From Candidatus Hadarchaeota archaeon (lineage in GTDB: Archaea; CAYQAE01; CAYVLA01), in assembly GCA_964452145.1 (NCBI GenBank), contig CAYVLA010000004.1:1-64000 (forward strand): 64,000 nucleotides of DNA, given 5' to 3'. Position numbers and translations under genes: made by a program. Shown piece by piece: positions 9,058 to 20,054 of the stretch. A model generated the notes under the pieces. That model ran no database searches, was not told the origin of the DNA, and saw only the letters and a program-made list of their open reading frames with translations. Position 1 is the stretch's first letter. Every line of letters begins with the position of its first letter.

Positions 9058-9216
9058 ACTCACGGTGATCCTCGCGGCCCTGCTCCACCCTGCCGATTCC
9101 CGTGGATCCTTCCGTTGAACTCAGACAAGGGTTGGTTACCGAGCCACACGTCGGCGGAGGATGCTTGTTGGTTCCGCCACAATCACTCCGAGGGGGCCGA
9201 ATCGCTTGCTTTGCAG

Positions 9217-10335
9217 TCAGGAGTACCTACCGTACCTCCTGGCTGCGCGGGCGTAGGCATACATATTGTCCAGAGGCGCCTCGAAGAAGTGGTCCGTGTT
9301 GTAGAGGATGTAGCCCCCGCCTCCGGCGGCTGCGTTTATGCACTGCCTCACATGCTCCTCCACATCCCGGGCTGACCCTCGCTCTATGTAGGACTGGTGG
9401 AAACCTCCGATCAGACACACCCTGTCGCCCACAAGTCTCTTGGCCTCCGCAAGGTCGACATCCCCTCCGAAGGGCGGAGGAGTCAGGGTCTCGATGCAGT
9501 CGGTGCCCGTTTCGGCGATGGGCTCGATGACGTGCATGACCATGCCGCAGTCGTGGTAGGAGGTGGGGACGCCTTTGCGGTGGACGGCCCCGACCACCTC
9601 CTTGTCGAAGGGCATTATCTGCTCCCGGTAGATCTTGGGCGAGACGAAGTTCCCTATGTGTCCCGCGACCTCGACTAGGTCAATGTAGTCGCTCGGCATG
9701 GCATCGATCCACTCAAGGGCCCAGTCTGTCAGGAGGCGATAGAGTTCCTTCACCCAGTCCGGGCGCACGTGGAAATCCATGCACAGCCTCTTGGGGTCGC
9801 GCAGGATCACCGCCTCGCCTTGGCCCCAAACTCCCGCTCGGACGATGCCTTCTTTGAAGCCCGTTCCGAACTCTTTCCTGTACCGGTCGACATCCGGAAT
9901 TGAGGCGGGTCGGTAGGAAAGAAGCTCCAGATCCTCGGGTTTCTTTAACAGCGGCTCTAGGGTCCAGCATGTTATGGGCGTTCTTCTCTCCACGGTAGTC
10001 AGCTTACCCCTGGGCGTCTCGATCGTTCTTCGGACCACTTTCTCTCCCCCGGATTGGGAGACGACATCTTCCCTCTCCTTCCACTTCTCCCCCTTGAAGT
10101 GCGCGGGTGGCTCGTATGCAAGCTCGACTTCGTTGGCCGGCGGTGTGGGGATGGAGTGGGTTCTGTACAGGGTGACATCCAACCCAAGCATCTGGAGGGC
10201 TTCCTTGTCAGAGATCCGACGTCCAAGGACCTTCTGCATGTACGGCAGATAGGTCCCTATGTTGTGGATCCCAACCGGGACAGCGCCGGGCTCTTCCCCC
10301 CTCACTGCGGCCAGCAACCTTTCCCTGGAGCCCAC
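9217..10335 (-). CDS. Uroporphyrinogen decarboxylase/MtaA-CmuA family protein
   Basis: SRERLLAAVRGE..VP, YHDCG, VCLIGG and GGGYIL motifs. Confidence 0.85.
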   Translation of the reverse strand: MGSRERLLAAVRGEEPGAVPVGIHNIGTYLPYMQKVLGRRISDKEALQMLGLDVTLYRTHSIPTPPANEVELAYEPPAHFKGEKWKEREDVVSQSGGEKVVRRTIETPRGKLTTVERRTPITCWTLEPLLKKPEDLELLSYRPASIPDVDRYRKEFGTGFKEGIVRAGVWGQGEAVILRDPKRLCMDFHVRPDWVKELYRLLTDWALEWIDAMPSDYIDLVEVAGHIGNFVSPKIYREQIMPFDKEVVGAVHRKGVPTSYHDCGMVMHVIEPIAETGTDCIETLTPPPFGGDVDLAEAKRLVGDRVCLIGGFHQSYIERGSARDVEEHVRQCINAAAGGGGYILYNTDHFFEAPLDNMYAYARAARRYGRYS

Positions 10336-10366
10336 GGTGTTCTCTCCGCTCAGCTCATTCCCTGGA

Positions 10367-11248
10367 CTACAGCAGGCCGAGTGCCTTCAGGTTCTGCTTG
10401 AGGATCTCCACGTTCTTCTCCTCGCAGGCAACCAGTGGCAGCCTCAGGGGCCCTGCGGCCATGCCTGCCATGTTCATGGCCTCCTTGATCGGACCCGGGT
10501 TCGTTTCAAGGAAGATGTTCTTGAACAGGTCCATGAGCTTGTAGTGCATGGCCCTTGACTCCTGCACCCTTCCGGCGAGGTAGTCCGAGACCATTCTCTG
10601 GACCAGGTCCGGCACGAGGTTGGACGCAACCGATATGGTGCCTTGGCCGCCCAGGGAGAGAATGGGGTACGTCATCATATCGTCGCCCGACAGGACCGAG
10701 AACTGGTCACCCGTTCCGTGGATTATGCGCATAATCTGCTCAAGGTTGCCGCTGGCCTCCTTGATCCCTATGATGTTCTTGACTCTGGCGAGTCTGATGA
10801 CCGTGCTCGCCTCCATGTTCACCGCAGTCCGCGACGGCACGTTGTACATTATCAGCCCCCCTTTCGCCTCTGCGGCGATCGTCTCGAAGTGGACGATTAG
10901 TCCCCGCTGGGTCGGTTTGTTGTAATAGGGCGTTATGAGCAGGCAGTAGTCGGCCCCAGACGCGAACGCGTGCGTGGTCAGCTCTATGGCTTCGGCGGTG
11001 GAGTTGCTGCCCGTGCCGGCTATCACCGGAACCCTACCATCGACCTCGTCGATTACTATCTCCACGACCTTCTTGTGCTCGGCGTGGGTAAGGGTGGCGG
11101 ATTCCCCCGTGGTGCCGCAGGGGACGAGCCCCGCTATGCCCTTGCTGATCTGGTAGTCCACGTTCTTCCTGAGCCCTTCTTCATCAATCGCTCCGTTTTC
11201 TTTGAAGGGCGTAACCAGAGCGGTGAAGGCGCCCTCAAGTCTTGGCAA
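10367..11248 (-). CDS. dapA: 4-hydroxy-tetrahydrodipicolinate synthase
   Basis: TALVTPF, GTTGES, TPYYNKP, YNVPSRT, IKEASG, SGDD and ETNPGPIK. Confidence 0.93.
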   Translation of the reverse strand: MPRLEGAFTALVTPFKENGAIDEEGLRKNVDYQISKGIAGLVPCGTTGESATLTHAEHKKVVEIVIDEVDGRVPVIAGTGSNSTAEAIELTTHAFASGADYCLLITPYYNKPTQRGLIVHFETIAAEAKGGLIMYNVPSRTAVNMEASTVIRLARVKNIIGIKEASGNLEQIMRIIHGTGDQFSVLSGDDMMTYPILSLGGQGTISVASNLVPDLVQRMVSDYLAGRVQESRAMHYKLMDLFKNIFLETNPGPIKEAMNMAGMAAGPLRLPLVACEEKNVEILKQNLKALGLL

Positions 11249-11344
11249 GACTCGATACCTCAGGCCTTCACGGATACGCTCATAGGTTATAAATTTGCAG
11301 GGTCGAAATCTCCGACCGGGCCCGGTTCGAGCAAGGCAATCCGT

Positions 11345-12517
11345 CTAGAAGACCTTCACCGACCCCGCGACTATCTCATCGGTCAGCCTGGGTATACCCC
11401 GAAGGCCCTCGGCCACGATGGATTCGATGTCGGAGGACTTGCACTCGTTCTGCCCCACGAGCTCGACGCTGGCCACGAGTGGTTGGTCTATCGGTTTGCC
11501 GATCTGGGAAAGGAGCTTGACGTAGACCTCGCAGTCCGCGATGGCCTCTATGTCCCTTGCGATTCTGAAGGCAAGCACGTTGTATAGCTTGCCCACATGG
11601 CTGACCGGGTTCTTTCCGGCCGCCGCCTCCAGGCTCATCTCGCGGTTGGGGGTTATGAGCCCGTTGACCCGGTTCCCCCTCCCGACCTCCCCGTCGTCTC
11701 CTGCCTCCGCCGAGGTGCCGGTCAGCGTTAGGTATACGACCTTCTTGTCATAATCGTCCGCGGTGTTCATGAACACCTTGGTCTCCCTCTCGGCATTGTC
11801 GGAGACGAAGTCGTCTATCTTGGAGACTATGTCGTCCTTGACCGAGATGTAGTGGTCAAGATCGGGAACGTGCTTGGCCACGAATGCCCCGGCCACCGTC
11901 AGGGTGATGGTGTGGTCCTGTCTGAGCCCCATGACCTTGATGTCCTCACCCAGCTCGGGCACGGTCCTATGGAACTTGGCTGAGTTGAGGAGGTTCTCGA
12001 CTCCGAGGACCAGCTTCTCGGTCTCGGAAAGCGGCGCGTAGCCCACGCCGAAGGAGGTGTCGTTGGCCTTGGGAAGTCCCCTCCTCTGGAATACGTCGAC
12101 CAGCTCGGCCGAGCCCTGGCCGATCTTGGAGTCGAAGGTGACGTCGTTGGTCTGCAGGTTCCTCAGGGCCCTGTGCATATAGCTCCGGGCAGCCTTGATG
12201 GCTATCTCGTGAACCGGGATGTCATCGTTGCCACACCTGGTCGTGGCCCGGCCCGAGAGCAGGACGTATATCGGTCTGACGATCTCCCCTCCCCCGAACC
12301 CGGCGTTGACCTGCCCGCCGACCACCTCCAGCTTGTCGGTGTTGTGGTGCAAGATGGCCTGGTATCTCCTGATGTATTCCCGGCAGAGAGCGATCGAAAC
12401 CGACTCGGCCATTCCGTCCGCCAGGCTGTCGGGGTGTCCCAGGCCCTTTCGCTCCACCATCTCGACCTTCTGCTCCTCTACGGGTGTGCGCCGCACGGTC
12501 TCGACAACGATAGCCAT
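11345..12517 (-). CDS. mat: Archaeal S-adenosylmethionine synthetase
   Basis: [38 protein letters not shown] and [11 protein letters not shown]. Confidence 0.96.
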   Translation of the reverse strand: MAIVVETVRRTPVEEQKVEMVERKGLGHPDSLADGMAESVSIALCREYIRRYQAILHHNTDKLEVVGGQVNAGFGGGEIVRPIYVLLSGRATTRCGNDDIPVHEIAIKAARSYMHRALRNLQTNDVTFDSKIGQGSAELVDVFQRRGLPKANDTSFGVGYAPLSETEKLVLGVENLLNSAKFHRTVPELGEDIKVMGLRQDHTITLTVAGAFVAKHVPDLDHYISVKDDIVSKIDDFVSDNAERETKVFMNTADDYDKKVVYLTLTGTSAEAGDDGEVGRGNRVNGLITPNREMSLEAAAGKNPVSHVGKLYNVLAFRIARDIEAIADCEVYVKLLSQIGKPIDQPLVASVELVGQNECKSSDIESIVAEGLRGIPRLTDEIVAGSVKVF

Positions 12518-12571
12518 CCGATCACCGTGATAAATCTGGCTGATAAAGAGACGTCAAAATATAAATACTTT

Positions 12572-13672
12572 CTAATTGGAGGGCCGATCACCGAACACCC
12601 AGCGGGAGCTCAGGGAGAAGTTGGCCATCACGGCCACCCCTATGGCCAGAAGCTGGGCGAGCAAATACCAGAGCCCTAAGACCTCCACGAGAACGATGAG
12701 CACAACCAGGTTGATGCCCAGGGCGATGAGGCTGCTGACCAGGAACCTGCCGAGCTGGACACCGACGACGCGTGCCTGGGTGCGCCTGTCCCTGAAGGTC
12801 CATATCTTGTTCCACAGAAAGTTGTTCACCGCCACAATGAAGAAGGAGGCCGTAGCCGATGCCATGTACCAGACCCCGGCGTGCTCGACGAGCACGTAGA
12901 CTATCGCCAGGTTCAGAAACACCCCGCTCCCCCCAACCGTACAGAATCTCAGGAAGCTCCCCATGCTCGAGCCGAGGAACCGGAAGGCGTACAGATCGAT
13001 CAGGTTCAGCAGGAAATCCGCTATCGTTCGGGCCTTCATCTTGCTTGAACCCCTGGCTCGGTCGACGAACGTGTAGGGCACCTCCGCGACCCTCTCCGGC
13101 CTCGCCTTGACGAGGATCTCCAAGCAGATCTTCCATCCCCTAGTGCTGAGGGCCGAATCCTCGATTACCGCTCTTCTGAGAAGGAAGAAACCTGACATGG
13201 GGTCCCTGACCTTGGTGAGGGGTCGGGCAAGCGTGCTGGCGGTCTTTGACACGGCAAGACGGAAGAGGGGCCAACCGGATACCGAGCCGCCCTCGGAGTA
13301 CCTGCTGGCAACGACCATGTCAGCCCGACCGGAGACGATCGGTTGCACCATGTCGGGTATCATCTCGGGGGGGTGGCTCAGATCCGAGTCCATCGCGCCG
13401 ATGATGGGTGAGCAGGATCGTTGGAACCCCTCGAGCACGGCCGACGTTATCCCGATTTTGCCCGTCCGCCTCACTAGCTTGATCGATCCTTCCTTGGCCA
13501 TGTCCTCTACGATCTCGGTCGTGCCATCCGTCGACCCGTCGTCCACCACGATCACCTCAGCCGAGATCCCGGCTTGTCCGCATGCCCGGAGGACCCTGGT
13601 GAGGAGTTCCCGCACGTTGTCGGCCTCGTTGAGAGTCGGCACGATGAGGGAGATCTCTGGCGATTCCTTCAA
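12572..13672 (-). CDS. Polyprenol-phosphate mannosyltransferase-like GT2 fused to a GtrA-like flippase domain
   Basis: VPTLNE, VDDGSTDGT, MDSDLSHPP and DPMSGFF; C-terminal 4-TM GtrA pattern (RFCTVG..NNFLWNKIWTF..RWVF). Confidence 0.9.
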   Translation of the reverse strand: MKESPEISLIVPTLNEADNVRELLTRVLRACGQAGISAEVIVVDDGSTDGTTEIVEDMAKEGSIKLVRRTGKIGITSAVLEGFQRSCSPIIGAMDSDLSHPPEMIPDMVQPIVSGRADMVVASRYSEGGSVSGWPLFRLAVSKTASTLARPLTKVRDPMSGFFLLRRAVIEDSALSTRGWKICLEILVKARPERVAEVPYTFVDRARGSSKMKARTIADFLLNLIDLYAFRFLGSSMGSFLRFCTVGGSGVFLNLAIVYVLVEHAGVWYMASATASFFIVAVNNFLWNKIWTFRDRRTQARVVGVQLGRFLVSSLIALGINLVVLIVLVEVLGLWYLLAQLLAIGVAVMANFSLSSRWVFGDRPSN

Positions 13673-13841
13673 TGACGGTCACTTAAAGGAAGGTTTCTGT
13701 AGCCCTATGCCGCTAATTAAATGTCTCTATAGAGAACCTCATGAAAAGAAATTATTGCGAAATCGTGGTTATTACTTGTGCATCACGGAGGAGGATTTGA
13801 ATACATATTTATGGTCCATCGTCCGGGAAGCTGCGAGGGGC

Positions 13842-13934
13842 ATGAGCCAAGCCAAAAGCCGTCACACGTTCTCTGTTCTCGAGCGGCCCGCGCGGCCGTC
13901 GTGGCGCGAGCTCCTGCTCCGCGACCGACCCTAA
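13842..13934 (+). CDS. Possible 30-aa small protein or leader peptide
   Basis: MSQAKSRHTFSVLERPARPSWRELLLRDRP*; TATA-like ATATTTAT about 30 nt upstream. Confidence 0.25.
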   Translation: MSQAKSRHTFSVLERPARPSWRELLLRDRP

Positions 13935-14043
13935 AGGGATTCAGCTACCTCCTTCCCCGAGGGTTATTCTATGAATCAACTTATGCTAACCACATCATCC
14001 GAAATGAAGGAACAGGGCCATACCGCCCTGGGCGGGATCATCC

Positions 14044-16305
14044 ATGATTGACCGCAACAGGCCTCCGAGGGCCGTGCGAGAATCATTGGACTCAATCTTG
14101 CTCCCCGGCGAGAAGCTGGAGGTCACCGCGGCCTCCGACATAGATAGGAGCGGAAACTACGGCGAGCGATGGGTATTCCTGACCGGAAAGCGGCTCATAG
14201 TCCTCGAATGTGACGGCTCCATTAGCTTCGAGTTCCCGGTTGAGAAGATGAAGTCGCTGGAGGTCAGGGAGTTCACCGGCAGCGGCCTTCTGACCGTTGA
14301 GGATTCATCCGGGAATCTGACCGATGTGGTGCGTTTCTCAAAGACGCAATCCAGGGATTTCCTCAACCTCGCCAAGTCCTCGGTCAAGATCCTGGCCCGT
14401 AACGGTAACGGGTCCAACGGAAACGGGAAGGGTATCAAGAATGGCCTGGCAGCCGAGAGCCAGGATGCCCCCGTCGTGGAGGAGCAGGAGACACGTTGCC
14501 CAAAATGCGGAAGGGCGCTTCCCGGGTGGACCAACGTCTGCCCCTCCTGCGTGGAGAAGAGGAAGGTCTTCATGCGGCTCATGGGGTACGTCAAGCCCTA
14601 CTGGAAGGCGGCGGCCTTCAGCCTGGCCCTGACCATCACGATCACCCTTCTCTCACTGTTTCCCCCCATCTTGCTCAAGCAGTTGATCGACTACCTGGAT
14701 CGGGGGACAGGCACCCCCGCCCTTCTGACCACGATCCCGGTCGCCCTTCTCGTGGTCTACGCGGTGTCGTCTGCGACCTCGGCGGTCCGGACCTACTCCA
14801 TGGGTTGGCTGGGCGAGAAGATAATCTTCGACATCAGAACACAGGTCTACCGGTATCTGCAGATGCTCTCGTTGAGTTTCTACGACCGGCGCAGGACCGG
14901 CGAACTGATGTCCAGGGTCACCAACGACAGCGCCAACGTAAGGCACTTCCTCGTCTACGGCTCCCAGCAGCTGATCGTGGATATTGTAATGATGTTCAGC
15001 ATCGGGGTCTTGCTCTTCACCAAGAACTGGAGGCTGGCTGCAATCTCGCTGCTGCCGGTCCCCGTTCTGATCCTTGGCACCACGATCTTCGCTAGGAAGA
15101 TCCACGGAATCTATCACAGGATATGGCGTACATGGGCTCGCATGAACTCGGTCCTTGCGGACACGATTCCCGGGATCCTGGTGGTTAAGGCCTTTGCCCA
15201 GGAGGACAGGGAGGTCGACAACTTCAAGATTAGAAACGCCGAGCTGCTGAATGCCGACCTCCGCTCCTACAAGCTTCAGTCGTGGTTCTTCCCGGGCATG
15301 GGTCTTCTCATGTACTTGGGTGCCGTCTTCATATACTACCAAGGAGGTCGACTGGTGGGGACCGGAAGCACCTTCACCCTTGGTGACCTGACCATGTTCG
15401 TATCCTTTCTCTGGATGTTCTACGGACCGGTCCAGCGTCTGAGCCAGCTGACGGACCAGGTGGAGGTTGCCGCAACGGCAGCCGAGAGGATCTTCGAAAT
15501 CCTGGACTCACGGCCGGACGTCCGGGACTCCAAGGAGGCAATATCCCTAACGAGCGTCAAGGGGGACATAGTCCTGAACAACGTGTCCTTCTCCTACAAC
15601 CCCGAGAGGATCGTCATCAAGAACGTGAGCCTGGAGATCAAGGCAGGCGAGATGATCGGGCTGGCCGGTCCCAGTGGCTCGGGCAAGACGACGCTGGTAA
15701 AACTCATCTCAAGGTTCTACGACCCCCAGGAAGGGTCCATAGCGATCGACGGGGTCGACCTGCGGAGGATCAAGCAGAGATCCCTCAGGGAGAAGATCGG
15801 GGTGGTCTTGCAGGAACCGTTCCTCTTCCATGGGTCGATCACCGAGAACATCGCCTACGGGCGGCCCGATGCCAGCCGGGATGAGATCATAGGCGCTGCC
15901 AGGGCGGCTAACGCGCACGAGTTCATCACCCGCCTGCCGGAGGGATACGATACCGAGGTCGGCGAACGAGGGACCAGGCTGTCCGGGGGCGAGAAGCAGA
16001 GGATCTCCATAGCCAGGGCGATACTCAACAGGCCGAGCATAATCATCCTCGACGAGGCCACCAGTTCGGTGGACACCGTCACGGAGAGGATGATACAGGA
16101 GGCGCTGGAGCGCCTCGTCCACGGCAGGACCACGATCGCCATAGCCCATAGGCTCTCCACCCTGAGGAATGCGGACAAGCTAGTGATACTGGAGGAAGGG
16201 CAGATATCCGAGATGGGAACCCACGAAGAGCTTCTTGCCAAGGATGGGGCGTATGCCAAGCTGGTCAAGATGCAGACCGAGATCGCCAAGGTCAGGGCAA
16301 TCTAG
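14044..16305 (+). CDS. ABC exporter (fused TMD + NBD) with N-terminal extension and CxxC..CxxC linker
   Basis: Walker A GPSGSGKT, signature LSGGEKQR, ILDEATSS, AHRLST; CPKC..CPSC precedes the TMD. Confidence 0.93.
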   Translation: MIDRNRPPRAVRESLDSILLPGEKLEVTAASDIDRSGNYGERWVFLTGKRLIVLECDGSISFEFPVEKMKSLEVREFTGSGLLTVEDSSGNLTDVVRFSKTQSRDFLNLAKSSVKILARNGNGSNGNGKGIKNGLAAESQDAPVVEEQETRCPKCGRALPGWTNVCPSCVEKRKVFMRLMGYVKPYWKAAAFSLALTITITLLSLFPPILLKQLIDYLDRGTGTPALLTTIPVALLVVYAVSSATSAVRTYSMGWLGEKIIFDIRTQVYRYLQMLSLSFYDRRRTGELMSRVTNDSANVRHFLVYGSQQLIVDIVMMFSIGVLLFTKNWRLAAISLLPVPVLILGTTIFARKIHGIYHRIWRTWARMNSVLADTIPGILVVKAFAQEDREVDNFKIRNAELLNADLRSYKLQSWFFPGMGLLMYLGAVFIYYQGGRLVGTGSTFTLGDLTMFVSFLWMFYGPVQRLSQLTDQVEVAATAAERIFEILDSRPDVRDSKEAISLTSVKGDIVLNNVSFSYNPERIVIKNVSLEIKAGEMIGLAGPSGSGKTTLVKLISRFYDPQEGSIAIDGVDLRRIKQRSLREKIGVVLQEPFLFHGSITENIAYGRPDASRDEIIGAARAANAHEFITRLPEGYDTEVGERGTRLSGGEKQRISIARAILNRPSIIILDEATSSVDTVTERMIQEALERLVHGRTTIAIAHRLSTLRNADKLVILEEGQISEMGTHEELLAKDGAYAKLVKMQTEIAKVRAI

Positions 16306-16314
16306 GGTGAGGTC

Positions 16315-16797
16315 ATGCAGGAGTTCTTGGACCCGGCTCAGGTCAGGATCGTGAGGGATGCCAAGAGGCGTCCTGTTCTCAAATCCGGCGAAAGCGAGAA
16401 GGCCATCTACCGCGCCTTGAAGGATTTCCCGGTGACCTCGCCGGATAGGTACATCTCGCTTCTGGACGAGGACGGTAATGAGATCGGAACTGTGAAACGG
16501 CTAAAGGACCTGGATCCATCCTCTAGGGAGGTCCTGAGCGAGGAGCTCGCGAAGGCTTACTTCGTCCCGAGGATCAAGAAGGTTCTCGTGGTCAAGGAGC
16601 TGTACGGCGGGGTAATGGAAATCGCCGTGGAGACGGATCGCGGATACAGGGAGTTCGAGATCCGGAGCCGGGAGTCCGTGAGATTCGTCGGGCTGTCCAG
16701 ACTCATGATCACCGACGTCGATGGCAACAAGTACGAGGTCTCCGATATCCGGGATCTGGATTCCCGGAGCAGATCGCTCCTAAGCTGGATGGGATAG
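16315..16797 (+). CDS. DUF1854-like protein
   Basis: FPVTSPDRYISLLDEDGNEIG, YFVPRI, VETDRG and DVDGNKY..LDSRSR; directly follows the ABC exporter. Confidence 0.8.
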   Translation: MQEFLDPAQVRIVRDAKRRPVLKSGESEKAIYRALKDFPVTSPDRYISLLDEDGNEIGTVKRLKDLDPSSREVLSEELAKAYFVPRIKKVLVVKELYGGVMEIAVETDRGYREFEIRSRESVRFVGLSRLMITDVDGNKYEVSDIRDLDSRSRSLLSWMG

Positions 16798-16801
16798 CCA
16801 C

Positions 16802-17785
16802 CTAGAGCTCGTCGATTCTAACGATCCTCTTCTCTTGCTCGGAGCGATAGGCGGCCTCGGTCACCTGAAGCACCCTCAGGCCGTCCCTTCCGGTCGAGAG
16901 GGGCTGCTCACTGCCCTGGATCACCGCTATGAAGTTGTCGTCGGGGTTCTTGGCCTCGGGCATCTGGGGGGCAGGAGCGGGCTGGCCATCGGGCAGCCTC
17001 AAGCTTAACCCTCCTGCCATGGTCATCGTCATCTTGGTGCCGCTGATGATCAGGGTCTCATACCAGGGTGCGTTGCCATTGATGCAGATCGACCCTATGG
17101 CCCGGTTCGAAAACCTGACTGAGACCGAGGAGAGGATGTCCACCTCCTCGTCCCTGGCGAATTCGTTGCTGATGAATGCGGTGACCTCGATCGGGTCCAG
17201 CTGGGGCAGGTAGCAGATGATATCCACTATGTGGCTACCGCTGTCCATCAGTTCCCCGCCCCCGCTGAGATCCTTCTTGCCCCTCCAGGTGGAGGTTATG
17301 CCAGCCCAGCTTTGGCTCAGGTAGGCGGAGATGTAGAAGATCCTGCCGAAATCGCCCCTCTCAATGGCCTGCCGCGCCCACATGAACTCGGGGGCATAGT
17401 GCCTTTGGTAGGAGACCATCAGAGTCTTGCCGGTCTTCTCGGACTTCTCCAGAAGCCTCCTGGCATGGTCCACGGTGCACACCATGGGCTTCTCGACTAG
17501 GATGTGTATCCCCCTGTCCAGACAATCCATTGCCTGCTTATAGTGGAGGGTATGTGGGGTGCAGATGACCATCGCGTCAAGCTCCTCCTTGGCGAGCATG
17601 GCTTCGTAGTCCTCATACAGCGGTAGCCTCCTGCCTACGAGCTTGGCCTTCTCCTTCAGGGCATCCCGATTCGTATCGCACAGGGCGGCGATCCGGGCCG
17701 AAGCGTTGTCGTTGATCCGCTTGATGTGTCCACGGGAGACTCCACCCGTTCCGATGAAACCCACACGCACCGACAAAATCCTCAC
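16802..17785 (-). CDS. Gfo/Idh/MocA family oxidoreductase
   Basis: VGFIGTGG, TPHTLH, EKPM and GGGELMDSGSH. Confidence 0.92.
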   Translation of the reverse strand: MRILSVRVGFIGTGGVSRGHIKRINDNASARIAALCDTNRDALKEKAKLVGRRLPLYEDYEAMLAKEELDAMVICTPHTLHYKQAMDCLDRGIHILVEKPMVCTVDHARRLLEKSEKTGKTLMVSYQRHYAPEFMWARQAIERGDFGRIFYISAYLSQSWAGITSTWRGKKDLSGGGELMDSGSHIVDIICYLPQLDPIEVTAFISNEFARDEEVDILSSVSVRFSNRAIGSICINGNAPWYETLIISGTKMTMTMAGGLSLRLPDGQPAPAPQMPEAKNPDDNFIAVIQGSEQPLSTGRDGLRVLQVTEAAYRSEQEKRIVRIDEL

Positions 17786-17912
17786 CTATGCATCCCTCAC
17801 CGAGGCCCCTTTTAAATGGTCCAATGCGGGCGGGTCTGGTGTGGGCCCCATGGCTCGGGCGTTGAAAAGCTCTTTCAACTTGCAGGATTTCGAAGGCGAA
17901 GGCCGTGATTCC

Positions 17913-18719
17913 ATGGACGAGATCGGGTGCTCGAGCATCTGCTTCAGAAGACTGGACGTATACAGTGCCCTAACCAGGATCCTCGGCCTGGGGTTCAGAG
18001 CGGCCGACATAGGCATGATCAAGGGCTTCTGTCCCCACTTCGATCCCACGTCGGCTGGCCGGGAGGACAGGGCGAAGTTGATCGACTGGGTGAAAAGGAG
18101 CGGACTCAGTATACCAACCCTGAACGTTGGCAGGGGAAGCCTCAACAACCCGGCGGAGAGGGACGAGCAGAAGAGGTTCGTCTTGGAGTGTATGAAGCTG
18201 GCTCATGAGCTGGGCTGCTACGCGGTGACCGTTCAGCCCGGTGCGCTCCCGAAGGGCCCATGGCGCAAAGAGGCCGAGCAGGTGGCGGGCGACCTCCGGG
18301 GTCTGGCCGACCACGCGGCCACGATGGGCCTGATGTTGACTGTGGAGGCCCCTCACAGCGGCTCCCTTGCGAGCCGGATCGATCAGGCCCTGGAGCTGGT
18401 AGACCTTGCTGGTTCCACCAACCTCCGGATAGCTCTTGACACGAGCCACGTTATGAAGACCGGGGTGCAGCCCTCGGAGGCTGTGGAGCTGATTGGCGAC
18501 AGGATCGGACACGTGCACCTGAGGGATGCCAGGGGAGAGGACGTCCTCCTCACCCCCGGGGATGGCGAAGTGGACTTCAAGGCCTTCCGCCAGAGCCTGC
18601 GCGCAGTTGGCTACGGCAGATCGATGGTCCTTGAGCTGGAGCATCGCGGAAGAACGGAGGACGAGACCGCCCAAGAGACCCTCAAGGCGCGGAGCTACCT
18701 GCAAGCCGTTTGGGGATAG
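17913..18719 (+). CDS. Sugar phosphate isomerase/epimerase (xylose isomerase-like TIM barrel)
   Basis: VEAPH, LDTSH, HVHLRD, PGDGEVDF and LELE metal-ligand pattern. Confidence 0.85.
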   Translation: MDEIGCSSICFRRLDVYSALTRILGLGFRAADIGMIKGFCPHFDPTSAGREDRAKLIDWVKRSGLSIPTLNVGRGSLNNPAERDEQKRFVLECMKLAHELGCYAVTVQPGALPKGPWRKEAEQVAGDLRGLADHAATMGLMLTVEAPHSGSLASRIDQALELVDLAGSTNLRIALDTSHVMKTGVQPSEAVELIGDRIGHVHLRDARGEDVLLTPGDGEVDFKAFRQSLRAVGYGRSMVLELEHRGRTEDETAQETLKARSYLQAVWG

Positions 18720-18790
18720 GTTCCTTGGCGAGTGCAGGCCACGCGCATTGGTCATCGTTCAAGGGCTCGTCACCCCTCCGTGGGGCGGGG

Positions 18791-20047
18791 GTGGCACGGC
18801 CGCCCCGCAGCGGGCTTGCCATGCTGGCCTTCTTGCTCGCCCTACCCTTCTTGGCTGCGGTGGTTGAGGGTAGGACGGATCCCAATACCGGAAGGATCAG
18901 ACTGCTTCACATCGGGCTCGCTTTTCTGAGGCCCGATCACCCCGATCCGGTCTTCATGATGGATCCCAAGATCGATCTGACGATGGTGCCGGCCTTTGAG
19001 TCGGTAATGGACATGGACGAGGTGCGCAGGATGATCCGGCTCTACCTCCCGAGAACCAGGAATCAGCTTGACGGGGGATACGACCTAGTCCTGATCGATG
19101 GAGTAGACGCGTTCCACATCAGGGATGAGTTTCTGAAGTGGGTCGCGGATCTGGTCCAAGACTCGGACCTGGGCTTCGTCATGTCCGATTCAGGCTCGGG
19201 ATGGTCGTTTGCAGGAAGCGGGACCTCGTGGTACATCACCTCGGTCGAGCGCATCCTCCCCGTGGATGATGCGCCCGGCCGCGAGGCGGCCTCGCCGGGC
19301 TACGCGGAGAACAACTTCAGACTCGTACCGGTGGATACAGGTCACGAGCTGATGCGCAACATTCCCTGGGACGAGATGCGTTTCATCGCCATGAACCGGC
19401 CCACTGCAAGGCCGGGCAGCAGGATCGTTGCCATGATGTCGGATGAGAAGGCTGTGAACAGGGGCAAGCCCGCAATCGTATTCGCGGACTATCCCTCGGG
19501 CGGCCGATCCGTGGCCTACATATTCACCTGGCACACCATGGTGGGCGCGCCCCTGATACTCGAGTTCTACCGATGGAAATGGCATTATGATGTGCTGGTG
19601 CACGCGATCTACTGGCCGGCCGGGGAACCCATCCCGGAGGACCTCGCATTGGTGCACAGCATCAGGGATTTCATCGGGCAGCTTTACTACTCGAGGATCT
19701 ATGTCCTCTCTGTCGTTGATTTCGCCGAGGCGACAGGAGCCGATCTCCGGCAGATCGAGATCAAGCTCGGTTCCTTAGAGGCGCGGCGGAGGGAAATCGA
19801 CCGCCTCTACGTGGACAATGAGATGGAGACTTGCCATGCTCTGTGCCTTCAGCTCGCGGCAAGCTATGATCACCTGATTGAAGAGACTTTGAAGGCTAAG
19901 GATCGGGCTTTGTTTTGGATATTCGTCGCCGAGTGGTCCGTGGTGACCGCAGCCTCGATGGTCACGGGGGCTGTAGTCTGGACCGTGCTGGTTAGGAGAA
20001 GGCTCTACAGGGAAGCGGGGGTCACGAGGATTCGGATGGATTGCTGA
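18791..20047 (+). CDS. Secreted, C-terminally membrane-anchored protein, paralog family copy 1
   Basis: Signal peptide (LAMLAFLLALPFLAAVVEG), RMIRLYLPR motif, C-terminal TM and RRRLYRE; aligns by eye with 40048-41244 and 50587-51795. Confidence 0.8.
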   Translation: MARPPRSGLAMLAFLLALPFLAAVVEGRTDPNTGRIRLLHIGLAFLRPDHPDPVFMMDPKIDLTMVPAFESVMDMDEVRRMIRLYLPRTRNQLDGGYDLVLIDGVDAFHIRDEFLKWVADLVQDSDLGFVMSDSGSGWSFAGSGTSWYITSVERILPVDDAPGREAASPGYAENNFRLVPVDTGHELMRNIPWDEMRFIAMNRPTARPGSRIVAMMSDEKAVNRGKPAIVFADYPSGGRSVAYIFTWHTMVGAPLILEFYRWKWHYDVLVHAIYWPAGEPIPEDLALVHSIRDFIGQLYYSRIYVLSVVDFAEATGADLRQIEIKLGSLEARRREIDRLYVDNEMETCHALCLQLAASYDHLIEETLKAKDRALFWIFVAEWSVVTAASMVTGAVVWTVLVRRRLYREAGVTRIRMDC

Positions 20048-20054
20048 GGGACCG

